Shown: one piece after another, positions 10,484 through 20,642 of the stretch
Position numbering within the stretch: the stretch's first letter is position 1
How the letters are laid out: each line of letters starts with the position of its first letter
NCBI GenBank assembly: GCA_963701075.1
Contig: OY969559.1
Location: 1,088,001 to 1,152,000, forward strand
From: an uncultured Nitrososphaerota archaeon
GTDB lineage: Archaea > Thermoproteota > Nitrososphaeria > Nitrososphaerales > Nitrosopumilaceae
Direction of reading: 5' to 3'
DNA: 64,000 nucleotides
The notes under the pieces: generated by a model
Told to the model about the DNA's origin: nothing
Database searches by the model: none
Seen by the model: only the letters and a program-made list of their open reading frames with translations
Made by a program: the position numbers and the translations under genes

Positions 10484-11376
10484 ATACTTGATTTGCTGAT
10501 TTTCTCAAGGTATGCAAGAATTCCTGTGTAGTCTATATTGCCAAATCCATCCTTGACGGCATTTTGGTACAATTCATTTGCAAGTCTGGCAACAGGTAAA
10601 TCTACCCCGAATTCTTTGGCTGTGTAATTTATCTCATCTAGGTCTTTTTGCATTACGTTTAGAAAGAAACTTGGCTCAAAGACTCCTTTTACCATCTTTG
10701 GTCCTTTGAGAACACTCATTCCTGTCTTGAAATATGTGGAATTTAACACCTCTAAGAAAAGGAGGGGATCTAGACCTGACTTTTTTGCCAATATGATGCC
10801 TTCAGATATAGCTAATGCCAAAATTGAAATCTGCAAGTTCATGGCAAGTTTCATTGCATCAGCAGAACCGTTATCTCCCAGGTAGAATGTTCTTTCCCCT
10901 ATTGAATCAAAAACATCTTTGCATTTTTCATAAACTTCTTTTTTGCCTCCTATCATGATTACAAGCTGACCTTTTTCTGCAAGTGATGGTCCACCCATAA
11001 CGGGGCTGTCAATCATTGGAATTCCATGCTGGGAGTATTTTTCAGCTATTTTTCTTGATGAAATCGGACTAATTGTGCTCATGTCAGATACAATTAGTTT
11101 TTCATGCTTACCATGTATGATACCATCTTTTCCAAATGATATCGACTCGACAGCCTTTGCGTCCTTTACTATTGTAATTACGATATCAGATCTTTCTGCT
11201 ACTTGTTTTGGTGACTTTGCAACTTGAGCTCCCATGCTCTTAAGTGGCTCTGTCTTTTCTTCTGTTCTATTGTAAACCGTAACCTTGTGCCCTGTACTAA
11301 GAAGGCGTACTGCAACTGCTTTTCCAAGCAATCCTGTACCGATAATCCCAACATTCATCGTATCATTGTTTTTCAT
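10480..11376 (-). CDS. NAD(P)-dependent beta-hydroxyacid dehydrogenase (3-hydroxyisobutyrate dehydrogenase family)
   Basis: GIIGTGLLG, DSPVMGG, catalytic K in MKLAMN. Confidence 0.88.
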   Translation of the reverse strand: MKNNDTMNVGIIGTGLLGKAVAVRLLSTGHKVTVYNRTEEKTEPLKSMGAQVAKSPKQVAERSDIVITIVKDAKAVESISFGKDGIIHGKHEKLIVSDMSTISPISSRKIAEKYSQHGIPMIDSPVMGGPSLAEKGQLVIMIGGKKEVYEKCKDVFDSIGERTFYLGDNGSADAMKLAMNLQISILALAISEGIILAKKSGLDPLLFLEVLNSTYFKTGMSVLKGPKMVKGVFEPSFFLNVMQKDLDEINYTAKEFGVDLPVARLANELYQNAVKDGFGNIDYTGILAYLEKISKSSI

Positions 11377-11402
11377 GACAGTATTTTTTTCTATTGCATC
11401 AT

Positions 11403-11927
11403 TTAGGTAACAAGCGCTTTGAATCTATCGTCATTTCGAAGAATATCAAAATCTTTGTCACCGCTAGCTTTTATTCCGTATTCTGGATCAAGAACTACGA
11501 CACGCTCAAGCAACGCCAGAGCTTCTTCAGTGTTTTTCTGGAGTGATTTGCTGCAGGCCTTGTGGTATATGGCACTGGTATGTTCTGGCTCTTGTGATAG
11601 AATCTTATCATAGCAAGCTATGGCTTCATCATATCTTTGAAGATAATGTAGGGCAAGTCCTTTGTTTAAAAGACAAATTGCATGGTTTGGCTTTAGTTTC
11701 AAAGCTACATCGTAGGAAGAAATAGAATCATTGTACCTGCCCATCTTTCCCAATGCATTTCCTTTGTTGATTAAAGCATTCAGGTGTGCTGGGTTTACTG
11801 CCAAAACCTTATCAAAGTAAAATATGGCATCTCTAGGCTTACCACGCTTTGCATGTCCAAGACCTATATTGTAAAAATACTCGAGGTTTACCTCTTCGTC
11901 ATCTGAGAAAAAGTGTATTCCCTTCAC
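11403..11927 (-). CDS. Tetratricopeptide repeat protein
   Basis: Repeated TPR consensus (NKGNALGKMGRYNDSISSYDVAL). Confidence 0.85.
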   Translation of the reverse strand: MKGIHFFSDDEEVNLEYFYNIGLGHAKRGKPRDAIFYFDKVLAVNPAHLNALINKGNALGKMGRYNDSISSYDVALKLKPNHAICLLNKGLALHYLQRYDEAIACYDKILSQEPEHTSAIYHKACSKSLQKNTEEALALLERVVVLDPEYGIKASGDKDFDILRNDDRFKALVT

Positions 11928-12011
11928 TCTGGTACGTATGCCATTCTATTTGATAAACGCTATTGCATCTGATCAAATTGATAAAGTACCATGATGATAT
12001 ACAATAAAGGC

Positions 12012-12131
12012 ATGGAAAAACTAAGAGCATGTCCAATCTGTCCTAATTGTGGTTCAAGAAAATTTGACAAGATAAAATCCAAAGATACCCTAGTTAGATG
12101 CATAAAATGCGGAAAAGAAATGATAATTTGA
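12012..12131 (+). CDS. Zinc-ribbon microprotein (39 aa)
   Basis: Hand-translated MEKLRACPICPNCGSRKFDKIKSKDTLVRCIKCGKEMII; below ORF-track cutoff. Confidence 0.55.
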   Translation: MEKLRACPICPNCGSRKFDKIKSKDTLVRCIKCGKEMII

Positions 12132-12236
12132 TTATTTTAGATACTGCAACACTACCATTATTTTCAAGTTTATTGTTTGAATAAAAATAAAAAACTCGCG
12201 CTAATCAATTATACTGTATCTTTAGATTGAAGAAAA

Positions 12237-12434
12237 CTATTCTAATGAACCGGACTTGAGAAACTCATGACTCTCTTTTTCAAACATGTCTGACTTTTCC
12301 TTTACCTGTTTGATGGAAGAATATAGTCTAAACAACAATTCATCACTAGGCTGGGTAGTTTCTAAAAGTTTACGATCTATGCCATATTCTTCTATTACCT
12401 GCCACATATCATCAAGCGACAATTTTGAACTCAA
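12237..12434 (-). CDS. Small hypothetical protein
   Basis: 65 aa ORF with TATA-like TTAAAT upstream. Confidence 0.5.
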   Translation of the reverse strand: MSSKLSLDDMWQVIEEYGIDRKLLETTQPSDELLFRLYSSIKQVKEKSDMFEKESHEFLKSGSLE

Positions 12435-12668
12435 CTTACTCCCCGTTTGAATAAAAATTATTCCGGTATTTAAGAATTCTCAAGAGATGAGAAAACTACA
12501 AGATCTCAAATGACATGCACGTAAAACAAATCTTTTTCCAGATTTGGATAATAATATCTGGAAAGATCTTTCATATTTTTAATGTGCTGATAGCTTGCAG
12601 ATCTTATTTTAGATGCATTTCCAATCGGTTTTATATACATTGCAAATTTTTTGACACAAAAAAGAGAA

Positions 12669-13079
12669 TTAATTAAAAAATTTCATTTTGTTAACATTAG
12701 TTTCAGATATCAGATCCTTTACAACATTCACTATGTCATTGATATCAAATGGCTTGTGGATTATTGCAGAGGCACGTAGTTGTTCCAATCGTTCAGCCGT
12801 TGTGGTGGCAAGATCTGACGTGACCATTACAACTATTGCGGCGGGATTGATCTCCCGAATCTTTTCCAAAGCGTATATACCATCGCCATTAGGCATGACA
12901 ACATCCAAAAATGTAATATCTGGTTTAAGGGTGCGATACAACTCTACAGCTTCTTGACCGTTCTGTCCTTTCCCGGCAACTACGAAATTCTTTAATTGCA
13001 ATAGCTCGACAAAAAGGGTCAGAATGTCAGGGTTGTCATCTACTACTAGTGCCTTTATGCTCTGTTCCTTCTCTCCCAC
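12669..13079 (-). CDS. Stand-alone response regulator receiver (CheY-like)
   Basis: LVVDD, FLDVVMP (phospho-Asp), MVTS, HKPF. Confidence 0.9.
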   Translation of the reverse strand: MGEKEQSIKALVVDDNPDILTLFVELLQLKNFVVAGKGQNGQEAVELYRTLKPDITFLDVVMPNGDGIYALEKIREINPAAIVVMVTSDLATTTAERLEQLRASAIIHKPFDINDIVNVVKDLISETNVNKMKFFN

Positions 13080-13404
13080 TAATATCGAAACAACGAATTT
13101 CCTATTTAAGGTATCTTTTGTACCGGATTTCCCTTTAAAGGGAAATTATATTGTTGGAGGGAGCGTATGGATAACAGGTCCAAATACAGTTTAAAAGAAA
13201 TTTGGTCTAATGAATGCAAAAAATCTATCTTCTGGTGTGAAAAGTCTTACGTGGTCATAATTCCGTGCTACCTTATCAGCTGCTATTTTGTTAACAGTAT
13301 GTAGTTATCCCACATTCCCATTCATGTTTTCTGACTGGAATCTATCGAGTTTACCATCAAAACGTATCGTACGTTTTTATTTCGAGTATTTTTAAAGGTT
13401 CAGC

Positions 13405-14403
13405 ATGGCCAAAACTTGGAAAGATTCTGATGTAAGTCTAGATCCGATAAAAAACGAGACCATCGCAGTACTTGGCTATGGAATTCAGGGTAATGCACAA
13501 GCAAACAACCTGAAGGATTCAGGTCTTAACGTTATAGTGGGAGTACAAGAATCTGGGGCAAGCTGGAAGAAAGCAAAAGAAGATGGCCACCAAGTAATGT
13601 CGGTCCAAAAGGCATGTGAAAAAGCCGATATCATTCATGTATTGATTCCAGATATGGTTCAAGCACAAGTTTACAAGGAACAGATAGCACCAAACTTGAA
13701 ATCTGGTAAAGCACTTTCATTTTCTCACGCTGCAGCAATACACTGGGGCTGGATTGTGCCACCAAAAGATATTGATGTAATAATGATAGCTCCAAAAGGT
13801 CCTGGTTCAAAGGTTCGCGAAACATACCAGCAGAACTTTGGGACTCCGTCAATTGTAGCAGTTCATCAGGATTATACCAAAAAAGCTTGGGATAGAACGC
13901 TTGCCATTGCAAAGGGAATAGGTAGTACAAGAGCTGGAGTAATTCAAACAACCTTTAAAGAAGAAGTTGAAACGGATTGGTTTGGCGAGCAGGTGGATCT
14001 ATGTGGCGGTTCTGCATCGATGGTAATGAATGCATTTGAGACTCTAGTTGAAGCAGGATATCAACCAGAGATAGCTTACTTTGAGGTGCTTCATGAACTC
14101 AAATTAATTGTAGATATGATTCAACGATATGGAATAGCTGGAATGTATAGGCGGGTAAGCGAGACTGCAAGATATGGTGGCTTGACCAGAGGTCCTATGG
14201 TGATGGACAAAGAGGTTAAAGAGAAGATGAAAAAGGCATTAAAGATGATACAGGATGGCACGTTTAACCAAGAATGGACAAGTGATTACAGAAAGAATGG
14301 TAAAAACGCGTTTGATAGATACATGAAAGAGATCGAGGCACATAAGGTAGAACAAGTGGGCAAGAAAATGCGACAGATGATGTGGCCCGATTCTACAGAA
14401 TAA
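13405..14403 (+). CDS. ilvC: Ketol-acid reductoisomerase
   Basis: GYGIQG, APKGPG, ETDWFGEQ, YFEVLHE. Confidence 0.97.
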   Translation: MAKTWKDSDVSLDPIKNETIAVLGYGIQGNAQANNLKDSGLNVIVGVQESGASWKKAKEDGHQVMSVQKACEKADIIHVLIPDMVQAQVYKEQIAPNLKSGKALSFSHAAAIHWGWIVPPKDIDVIMIAPKGPGSKVRETYQQNFGTPSIVAVHQDYTKKAWDRTLAIAKGIGSTRAGVIQTTFKEEVETDWFGEQVDLCGGSASMVMNAFETLVEAGYQPEIAYFEVLHELKLIVDMIQRYGIAGMYRRVSETARYGGLTRGPMVMDKEVKEKMKKALKMIQDGTFNQEWTSDYRKNGKNAFDRYMKEIEAHKVEQVGKKMRQMMWPDSTE

Positions 14404-14406
14404 TCT

Positions 14407-14829
14407 TTAACTTTTCTTAGTTTTTGCCAGATTGGACTGGATAAAATCAATTATGGTTGGAAGTGGCGTACCTGGTCCAAAATTTCCCAACACTCCTGCT
14501 TTTTCAAGCTCTTGCTTGTCATCATGTGGAATAACTCCGCCACCTATTACGAGCACATCGCTGATTCCCTTTTCTTTGAGAGCTTTTACAACTCTTGGAA
14601 ACAGAGTCAAGTGTGCACCATTTAGTAGACTCAATGCTATGACATTGACATCTTCATCTTCTGCAATTTGTGCAATCCTGTCAGGTGTTGCAAACAAGCC
14701 AGAGTAAATGACCTCCATTCCTGCATCTCTAAATGCTCTACACAATACGAGGGCGCCCCTATCGTGGCCGTCTAGCCCTAACTTTGACACCAGTATTCTG
14801 ATTCGTTTTGTCTGGGCTTTTTGCGACAT
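14407..14829 (-). CDS. Methylmalonyl-CoA mutase, cobalamin-binding subunit
   Basis: GLDGHDRG B12-binding motif, GGGVIP. Confidence 0.93.
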   Translation of the reverse strand: MSQKAQTKRIRILVSKLGLDGHDRGALVLCRAFRDAGMEVIYSGLFATPDRIAQIAEDEDVNVIALSLLNGAHLTLFPRVVKALKEKGISDVLVIGGGVIPHDDKQELEKAGVLGNFGPGTPLPTIIDFIQSNLAKTKKS

Positions 14830-14937
14830 GATCTTGAAAGTATAAACTGGGTTTTAAAACCTTTATTGGAAAATTCTGAAGACTTGTGTTTATTTGATAT
14901 TACTGCAACAAGATTTTATTGTACGCGTGGTACGTGA

Positions 14938-15861
14938 TTGTTCTATATGGATTTAGTAAAGGATCTCAAGCAAGGTAATCGAAGAGCCATCGCAAGAGCT
15001 ATATCTATAGTTGAAAATGACGAAAAAGAAGCAAGAGATCTGGTCAAAAAAATCTTCAAGAGTTCTGGACACTCCCTCACTATTGGTATAACTGGTCCTG
15101 CAGGGGCAGGGAAGAGTACTCTGATCAATAAAACAAGTATTGAGCTCAACAAACTTGGTTACAAGACGGCTGTTCTTGCAATAGATCCTACAAGCCACAT
15201 AACAGGAGGTGCGATTCTTGGGGACCGAGTTCGCATGACCGAATCAACAGACTCTGGTACTTATATCCGTAGCATGGCATCAAGGGGTGCAACAGGTGCA
15301 GTCTCGCTTGCGTTAAGAAATAGCATAAGGGTACTGGAATTCGCAGGATTTAATCCAATAATTATAGAAAGTGTTGGAGCAGGACAGACTGAAGTTGACA
15401 TATCACGAGTAGTTGATATGACAATAGTGGTCTTTAACCCAAACACTGGTGATAATATTCAAACAATAAAAGCCGGTCTAACTGAGATCGGTGATATCTA
15501 TTTAATTAACAAGAGCGACCTACCTGGAGCAAATCAACTCTTCGACTCTGTAAGGGATTTCATAGGCGTGTCAGAAAAAAATCCGACCGTTATGATGACC
15601 TCAGCCAAATCAAACAAGGGAATGGTAGAATTTGCAAAGAAACTACAGGAATTGATGGAATCGCAAAAAAAATCCAAGAAACAAAAGGAGGAATCACGGC
15701 TTGATGCGGAACTGAGGGATATTATTTTAAATAATGTCAAAAACAAAGTGAGCAACATGCTTGATTCAAGTAATGCTTACACTAAATATCTCAAAAAGGT
15801 ACAAAAAAAGGACATGGATCCATTCGAAGCTGCAGATAAGATGTCTAAACTATTAAAGTGA
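14938..15861 (+). CDS. meaB: Methylmalonyl-CoA mutase-associated GTPase MeaB
   Basis: GPAGAGKST, IDPTS..TGGAILGDRVRM, ESVGAGQ, NKSD. Confidence 0.93.
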   Translation: MFYMDLVKDLKQGNRRAIARAISIVENDEKEARDLVKKIFKSSGHSLTIGITGPAGAGKSTLINKTSIELNKLGYKTAVLAIDPTSHITGGAILGDRVRMTESTDSGTYIRSMASRGATGAVSLALRNSIRVLEFAGFNPIIIESVGAGQTEVDISRVVDMTIVVFNPNTGDNIQTIKAGLTEIGDIYLINKSDLPGANQLFDSVRDFIGVSEKNPTVMMTSAKSNKGMVEFAKKLQELMESQKKSKKQKEESRLDAELRDIILNNVKNKVSNMLDSSNAYTKYLKKVQKKDMDPFEAADKMSKLLK

Positions 15862-15874
15862 GAGAATAAAAAAT

Positions 15875-17467
15875 ATGAAAACTAAACCAATTCCAAAGAA
15901 AAAGATAAAAACTGATTCTAACATACCTGTCAAAAGCTTCTACGATTCCACGGTCAAACCAAAGAGCAAAAACGAAGAGCCAGGAAAACATCCATTCACT
16001 AGGGCGATTCATCCTGGAATGTACCGGGACAGACTTTGGACAATGAGGCAGTATACTGGTTTTGGTACAGCTGCACAGACAAATCAGAGATTCAAGTATC
16101 TGCTTGAAAGAGGACAAACTGGTCTGAGTATGGCGTTTGATTTGCCCACTCAGATAGGATATGACGCAGACGATTCCCATGCGGAGGGCGAGGTGGGAAA
16201 GGTAGGGGTTTCAATCACATCGCTCAAAGACATGATGACTTGCTTTGATGGTATTCCCCTTGACAAAGTAAGTACATCTATGACAATTAATGCGACAGCT
16301 TCGACGCTACTTTCATTGTATATTGCTACAGGGGAGTCACAAGGAGTAAAAAGTGAACAATTACGAGGCACTACACAAAATGACATTCTCAAAGAATACA
16401 TTGCAAGAAACACCTACATCTATCCTCCAAGACCGTCTATGAGATTGATAGGTGACATGATTGAATACTGTTCCAAAAAGGTACCGCAGTGGTATCCTGT
16501 ATCAATATCTGGATATCACATGAGGGAGGCAGGATGCAATGCTGTACAAGAAGTTGCGTTTACTCTTGCAAATGCCATAGAGTATATCGAAACATGTGTT
16601 GACCGAGGACTCAAGATTGACGACTTTGCTCCAAGGCTGTCGTTCTTCTTTTGTTGCACCAGTGAATTCTTGGAAGAAGTTGCCAAGTTCAGAGCTGCAA
16701 GAAGAATCTATGCAAAGATAATCAAAGATAGATTCCATGCCAAAGACAAAAAATCAATGCAGCTTAAATTCCACGTTCAGACAAGTGGAGAATCACTAAC
16801 CGCACAACAGCCCGATAACAACATTGTCCGAGTAGCAGTGCAATCAATGGCTGCAGTATTGGGAGGCTGTCAGTCACTTCACACAAACTCAAAAGACGAG
16901 GCATTAGCATTGCCAACTGAAGCGGCAGTAAAGATTGCCTTGAGAACACAGCAGATTGTGGGGCACGAAAGCGGAATTACAAAAACAGTTGACCCGCTTG
17001 CCGGTTCATATTATGTAGAATACCTGACTGATAAAATAGAGGAAGAGGCAAACAAATATCTCAAAAGAATTGACAGGATGGGCGGATCACTTGCTGGGAT
17101 TGAGAAAGGCTTTTTCCAGTCTGAGATACGACAAAATGCATACAGGCTAAAGAAGGAGATTGATAGCAACGAGAGAGTAATTGTTGGAGTCAACAAGTTT
17201 ACGGATTCTGTTGAAGAAAAACAAGAGATCATGAAGATTGATGACAGCATTCAGGTTAAACAGATGCAGAATTTAAAAGAACTACGCAGTACGCGTGATA
17301 ATAAAAAGGCTGAAGATGCGCTATCGAAGATGAAGAGCGCTGCAGAAAAAGAAGAAAATCTAATGCCTTTCATCTTGGAATCAGTGCGAAGCTATGTCAC
17401 TCTTGGAGAGATAAGCAATACATTCAGAGAAGTTTTCGGCATCTACCAACCAAAGGAGTCGTTCTAA
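15875..17467 (+). CDS. Methylmalonyl-CoA mutase, large subunit
   Basis: WTMRQYTGF, AFDLPTQ, TTQNDILKEY, GCQSLHTN; 3HP/4HB cycle. Confidence 0.95.
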   Translation: MKTKPIPKKKIKTDSNIPVKSFYDSTVKPKSKNEEPGKHPFTRAIHPGMYRDRLWTMRQYTGFGTAAQTNQRFKYLLERGQTGLSMAFDLPTQIGYDADDSHAEGEVGKVGVSITSLKDMMTCFDGIPLDKVSTSMTINATASTLLSLYIATGESQGVKSEQLRGTTQNDILKEYIARNTYIYPPRPSMRLIGDMIEYCSKKVPQWYPVSISGYHMREAGCNAVQEVAFTLANAIEYIETCVDRGLKIDDFAPRLSFFFCCTSEFLEEVAKFRAARRIYAKIIKDRFHAKDKKSMQLKFHVQTSGESLTAQQPDNNIVRVAVQSMAAVLGGCQSLHTNSKDEALALPTEAAVKIALRTQQIVGHESGITKTVDPLAGSYYVEYLTDKIEEEANKYLKRIDRMGGSLAGIEKGFFQSEIRQNAYRLKKEIDSNERVIVGVNKFTDSVEEKQEIMKIDDSIQVKQMQNLKELRSTRDNKKAEDALSKMKSAAEKEENLMPFILESVRSYVTLGEISNTFREVFGIYQPKESF

Positions 17468-17468
17468 A

Positions 17469-17867
17469 ATGAGAATAGACCATGTTGCAATAGCTGTTAA
17501 CAACTTGGATGTAGCAGTAAAGGAATATCAAAACGTACTTGGAGTAAAAGAAGTAGAGTTTGAGACAGTAGAGACTGAAGGAGTGAGAGTTGCAATACTT
17601 CATCTAAACAATTCAAGAATTGAACTCATGGAACCAACAAAGGAGACAAGTCCAATCAAAAAATTCCTTGATACAAGAGGAGAAGGCTTGCACCATATTG
17701 CTCTTGAAACCGAAGGCATAGAAGGAGAAGTCGACAGAATGAAAGGTTCTGGAGTAAGATTTCTTGGAGAAATAAGGCCTGGCTCTGGAGGCACAAAGAT
17801 TACCTTTATTCATCCAAAGTCACTTCATGGCGTATTGACAGAGCTCTGCTCACACCCAAAAAAGTAA
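17469..17867 (+). CDS. mce: Methylmalonyl-CoA epimerase
   Basis: IDHVAIAV, GEGLHHIAL, FIHPK...GVLTEL. Confidence 0.93.
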   Translation: MRIDHVAIAVNNLDVAVKEYQNVLGVKEVEFETVETEGVRVAILHLNNSRIELMEPTKETSPIKKFLDTRGEGLHHIALETEGIEGEVDRMKGSGVRFLGEIRPGSGGTKITFIHPKSLHGVLTELCSHPKK

Positions 17868-17925
17868 ATTAACATACTGCCATCAGCGTGATAGCGGATG
17901 GGATATCTTCTAATCTTAGATATTG

Positions 17926-17943
17926 ATTTCCAATTATGATATT
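17926..17943. promoter_or_regulatory. Box A (ATTTCCA-atta-TGATATT)
   Basis: 41 nt upstream of USP ATG 17984. Confidence 0.7.
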
Positions 17944-17983
17944 TTATAATTTACTTTTTATACGCAAGTTATACATGTAGAAT

Positions 17984-18412
17984 ATGATAAAACACATCAT
18001 GGTACCATATGATACATCAGAATCTTCTATCCGTGCATTTGAGTTTGCAGTTGATCTTGCAAAAAAATACAATTCAAGCATTAGTATTTTTTCATGTGTT
18101 CATCTACAGGTTCCAACCGATCCATACTTTGGGACAGCGTATGCAGAAACAACAAAACTATTGGAAAAAGACGCTATCAACTCAATATCAAAGTTAGAAC
18201 CAAGATTGAAAGAATCCAAGATACCGTTCAAGACTGAGGTATTGGAAGCAATTTCCATTACTGATGCCATAATATCATATGCGGAATCTCACCAAGTAGA
18301 TCTTATTGTGATGGGCTCGCGTGGACTGGGTGGATTTAAGAAACTATTGCTTGGGAGTGTCGCAAGTGGTGTCTCTCAACACTCAAAATGCCCAGTTTTA
18401 ATTATCAAGTAA
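17984..18412 (+). CDS. Universal stress protein
   Basis: IMVPYD...DLIVMGSRGLGGFKKLLLGSVASGV..CPVLII. Confidence 0.93.
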   Translation: MIKHIMVPYDTSESSIRAFEFAVDLAKKYNSSISIFSCVHLQVPTDPYFGTAYAETTKLLEKDAINSISKLEPRLKESKIPFKTEVLEAISITDAIISYAESHQVDLIVMGSRGLGGFKKLLLGSVASGVSQHSKCPVLIIK

Positions 18413-18453
18413 TACTGTTGAATCGTTGAGCGAGATAGATTACGGAAAACAAT

Positions 18454-18889
18454 CTATTTGACTATGAGAACTGGGATCTCCAAGTTGTTAAGAACCCCAT
18501 TAGTAACGCTGCCTAAATACTTGGTATCCGATGAGCTCTGACCTCTAGATCCCATTATTACTATATCAAACCTCTTTGATTTTGCAAAACCAACTATCGT
18601 TTTGACAATGCCAGGCGAGGTAATGATCTTTCCGTCAAATTCTATACCGTTCTTTGTTACACTTGATCTCAGCTTGAAGCATGATTTTTTCTGCACTTTT
18701 TATCAATTCTGTTCTGTATTTTTTTAACAGTGTAGGCGCTTTGGAAAACCCAGAGCTTGATATTACATAAAGTCCGGTTACTGTTCCGCTACTTTGCTTT
18801 GCAAGCGAAATTGCTACGTTTAAACCTCTTATTGAATTTGGGGAACCGTCCAACGGAACAAGAATTTTTTTTAGGGTATTTTGCGACAT
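18454..18889 (-). pseudogene. Universal stress protein, frameshifted (~18650-18695)
   Basis: N-half (ILVPLDGS) and C-half (DIVIMGSRG...LGSV) in different frames. Confidence 0.75.
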
Positions 18890-18932
18890 GTTTGTAAATC
18901 TACATCGTATACTTAAAAACCAGATATATCAA

Positions 18933-18950
18933 GTTATCAAAAATGAAATT
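18933..18950. promoter_or_regulatory. Box A (GTTATCA-aaaa-TGAAATT), shared by divergent USP genes
   Basis: 41 nt from ATG 18991 and 44 nt from ATG 18889; TATA-like element on both sides. Confidence 0.75.
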
Positions 18951-18990
18951 CTAAGGTCTCTTTAAATGGGCTGATTGATAATCTTTCTTT

Positions 18991-19419
18991 ATGTTTGAGC
19001 ACATCATGGTGCCATATGACAAGTCAGAACCTGCCAGTAGAGCACTTGAATATGCAATGGATCTTGCCAAGAAATACAGTTCAAAAATAAGTATTATAAC
19101 ATATGTGTCCCTGAACGTCGGTTATTCTGCAGATGGTGGTAGTTCATACGTGGAGATGGTAAAATTGCAAAAGAAATCAGCAGAATACACTCTCTCAAAA
19201 TTAGAACCAAAGTTACAAAAACTCAAAATTCCTTACTGCATTAAAGCAATTGAAGGAACATCCATCATTGAAACTTTAATTTCCTATGCAGAAATGCATC
19301 ACGTAAATCTTATAGTGATGGGCTCGCGTGGACTGGGTGGATTTAAGAAACTATTGCTTGGGAGTGTCGCAAGTGGAGTCTTACAGCATTCGGAGTGTCC
19401 TGTGTGGATAGTAAAATAG
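18991..19419 (+). CDS. Universal stress protein
   Basis: USP motifs; paralog of 17984. Confidence 0.93.
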   Translation: MFEHIMVPYDKSEPASRALEYAMDLAKKYSSKISIITYVSLNVGYSADGGSSYVEMVKLQKKSAEYTLSKLEPKLQKLKIPYCIKAIEGTSIIETLISYAEMHHVNLIVMGSRGLGGFKKLLLGSVASGVLQHSECPVWIVK

Positions 19420-19449
19420 GAATTTTGCTAGCCTTACATACCCAATAGC

Positions 19450-19468
19450 TGCAGTGCAGCTCACTGCA
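19450..19468. promoter_or_regulatory. Box B (TGCAGTG-cagct-CACTGCA)
   Basis: Perfect 7-5-7 palindrome 10 nt before TTAAAT (19479). Confidence 0.7.
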
Positions 19469-19515
19469 TACATAGTTGTTAAATTCTATTGAATCAATCC
19501 ACTATCGATCAGAAA

Positions 19516-19674
19516 ATGGTATCAAGCCAGAAGATTGGACTCTTGAACTTCTTTGGAGTAAAAAACTCAAGAAAATACATTCTCATTTGCATAAGGTGTG
19601 GTTCTGATAATATTCAGCGGAAACAAAACCTTATTGAATGCAGAGAATGCGGTAAAGTTCTTTCCACCAAATAG
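19516..19674 (+). CDS. Zinc-ribbon microprotein
   Basis: CIRCGSDNIQRKQNLIECRECG; degenerate paralog at 53.8-53.9 kb. Confidence 0.65.
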   Translation: MVSSQKIGLLNFFGVKNSRKYILICIRCGSDNIQRKQNLIECRECGKVLSTK

Positions 19675-19748
19675 TGCCAAATTGTAATAACAAAAGGCCA
19701 GATAGAGCAAAAGGCTTAACCAATAATGAACCAAGTCTTGTAGATGGA

Positions 19749-20642
19749 CTAGGATTTTTGCGCACTGAGCAATTTACGAATTGAGCGTAATTCTTGTCTG
19801 CGTTTTGCACCTGATTTTGGATAAGCCATTTTGAGTTCTTTTAGTGCATCTAAGATGATCTGTGAAATGATCAGTCTGGTGTTCTCTTTGTCATCTGCAG
19901 GAATGACATACCAAGGTGCCTCAGTCGTGCTTGTGGCACTCAGACAATCTTCATATGCTCTCATGTAATGCTTCCAAAATTTTCTCTCCTCTATATCTGC
20001 AAGGCTAAATTTCCAATTCTTTTCGGGCTCATCAATACGCTTTAGAAAACGTTTCCGTTGTTCTTCTTTTGAAATATGGAGGAAAAATTTGATTATGCGT
20101 GTTCCGTTGCGATGTAGATGGTTTTCCAAGTTCACTATAGAATGATATCGTTGATGCCACATTGTATGCTTATCCAACAATTCATTTGGAAGGCATTCAC
20201 TGTGGAGAATCTCTGGATGTACACGAACAATCAGTACCTCTTCATAATAAGAACGATTGAAGATACCTATTCGCCCCCTTTCAGGCAGACATTGAACAGT
20301 ACGCCATAAAAAATCATGCTTAAGTTCCTCATTGCTTGGATGTTTGAAGCTGAACACTTGACATCCTTGAGGATTGATGCCAGACATCACATGTTTGATA
20401 GCACTGTCTTTTCCTGCCGCATCCATTGCCTGAAAAATCAATAGTAACGAATAGCGGTTTGATGCATAGAGAAGATTTTGCAAGGAGCTTAGTTCTTCCA
20501 CATGTTTTCTGAGGACTTGGTTATACTGTTCCTTTGATTTGTACACGGGGTTCACAGTTGTTTTATAGTTACTGAGTTTCACCTTTTTTCCTGCAGGTAC
20601 AAGAAAATCATTGCAATTTATTTTCATCATGTCACCTTTCAT
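19749..20642 (-). CDS. ppk2: Polyphosphate kinase 2 family, class III-like
   Basis: [13 protein letters not shown] Walker [22 protein letters not shown]. Confidence 0.92.
   Translation of the reverse strand: MKGDMMKINCNDFLVPAGKKVKLSNYKTTVNPVYKSKEQYNQVLRKHVEELSSLQNLLYASNRYSLLLIFQAMDAAGKDSAIKHVMSGINPQGCQVFSFKHPSNEELKHDFLWRTVQCLPERGRIGIFNRSYYEEVLIVRVHPEILHSECLPNELLDKHTMWHQRYHSIVNLENHLHRNGTRIIKFFLHISKEEQRKRFLKRIDEPEKNWKFSLADIEERKFWKHYMRAYEDCLSATSTTEAPWYVIPADDKENTRLIISQIILDALKELKMAYPKSGAKRRQELRSIRKLLSAQKS

Noticed and set aside
12476-12494. ATTCTCA-agaga-TGAGAAA as a box A outside the island
   Set aside because: The spacer is 5 nt rather than 4 and it nearly abuts the TATA-like element; not counted, though a related site cannot be excluded.
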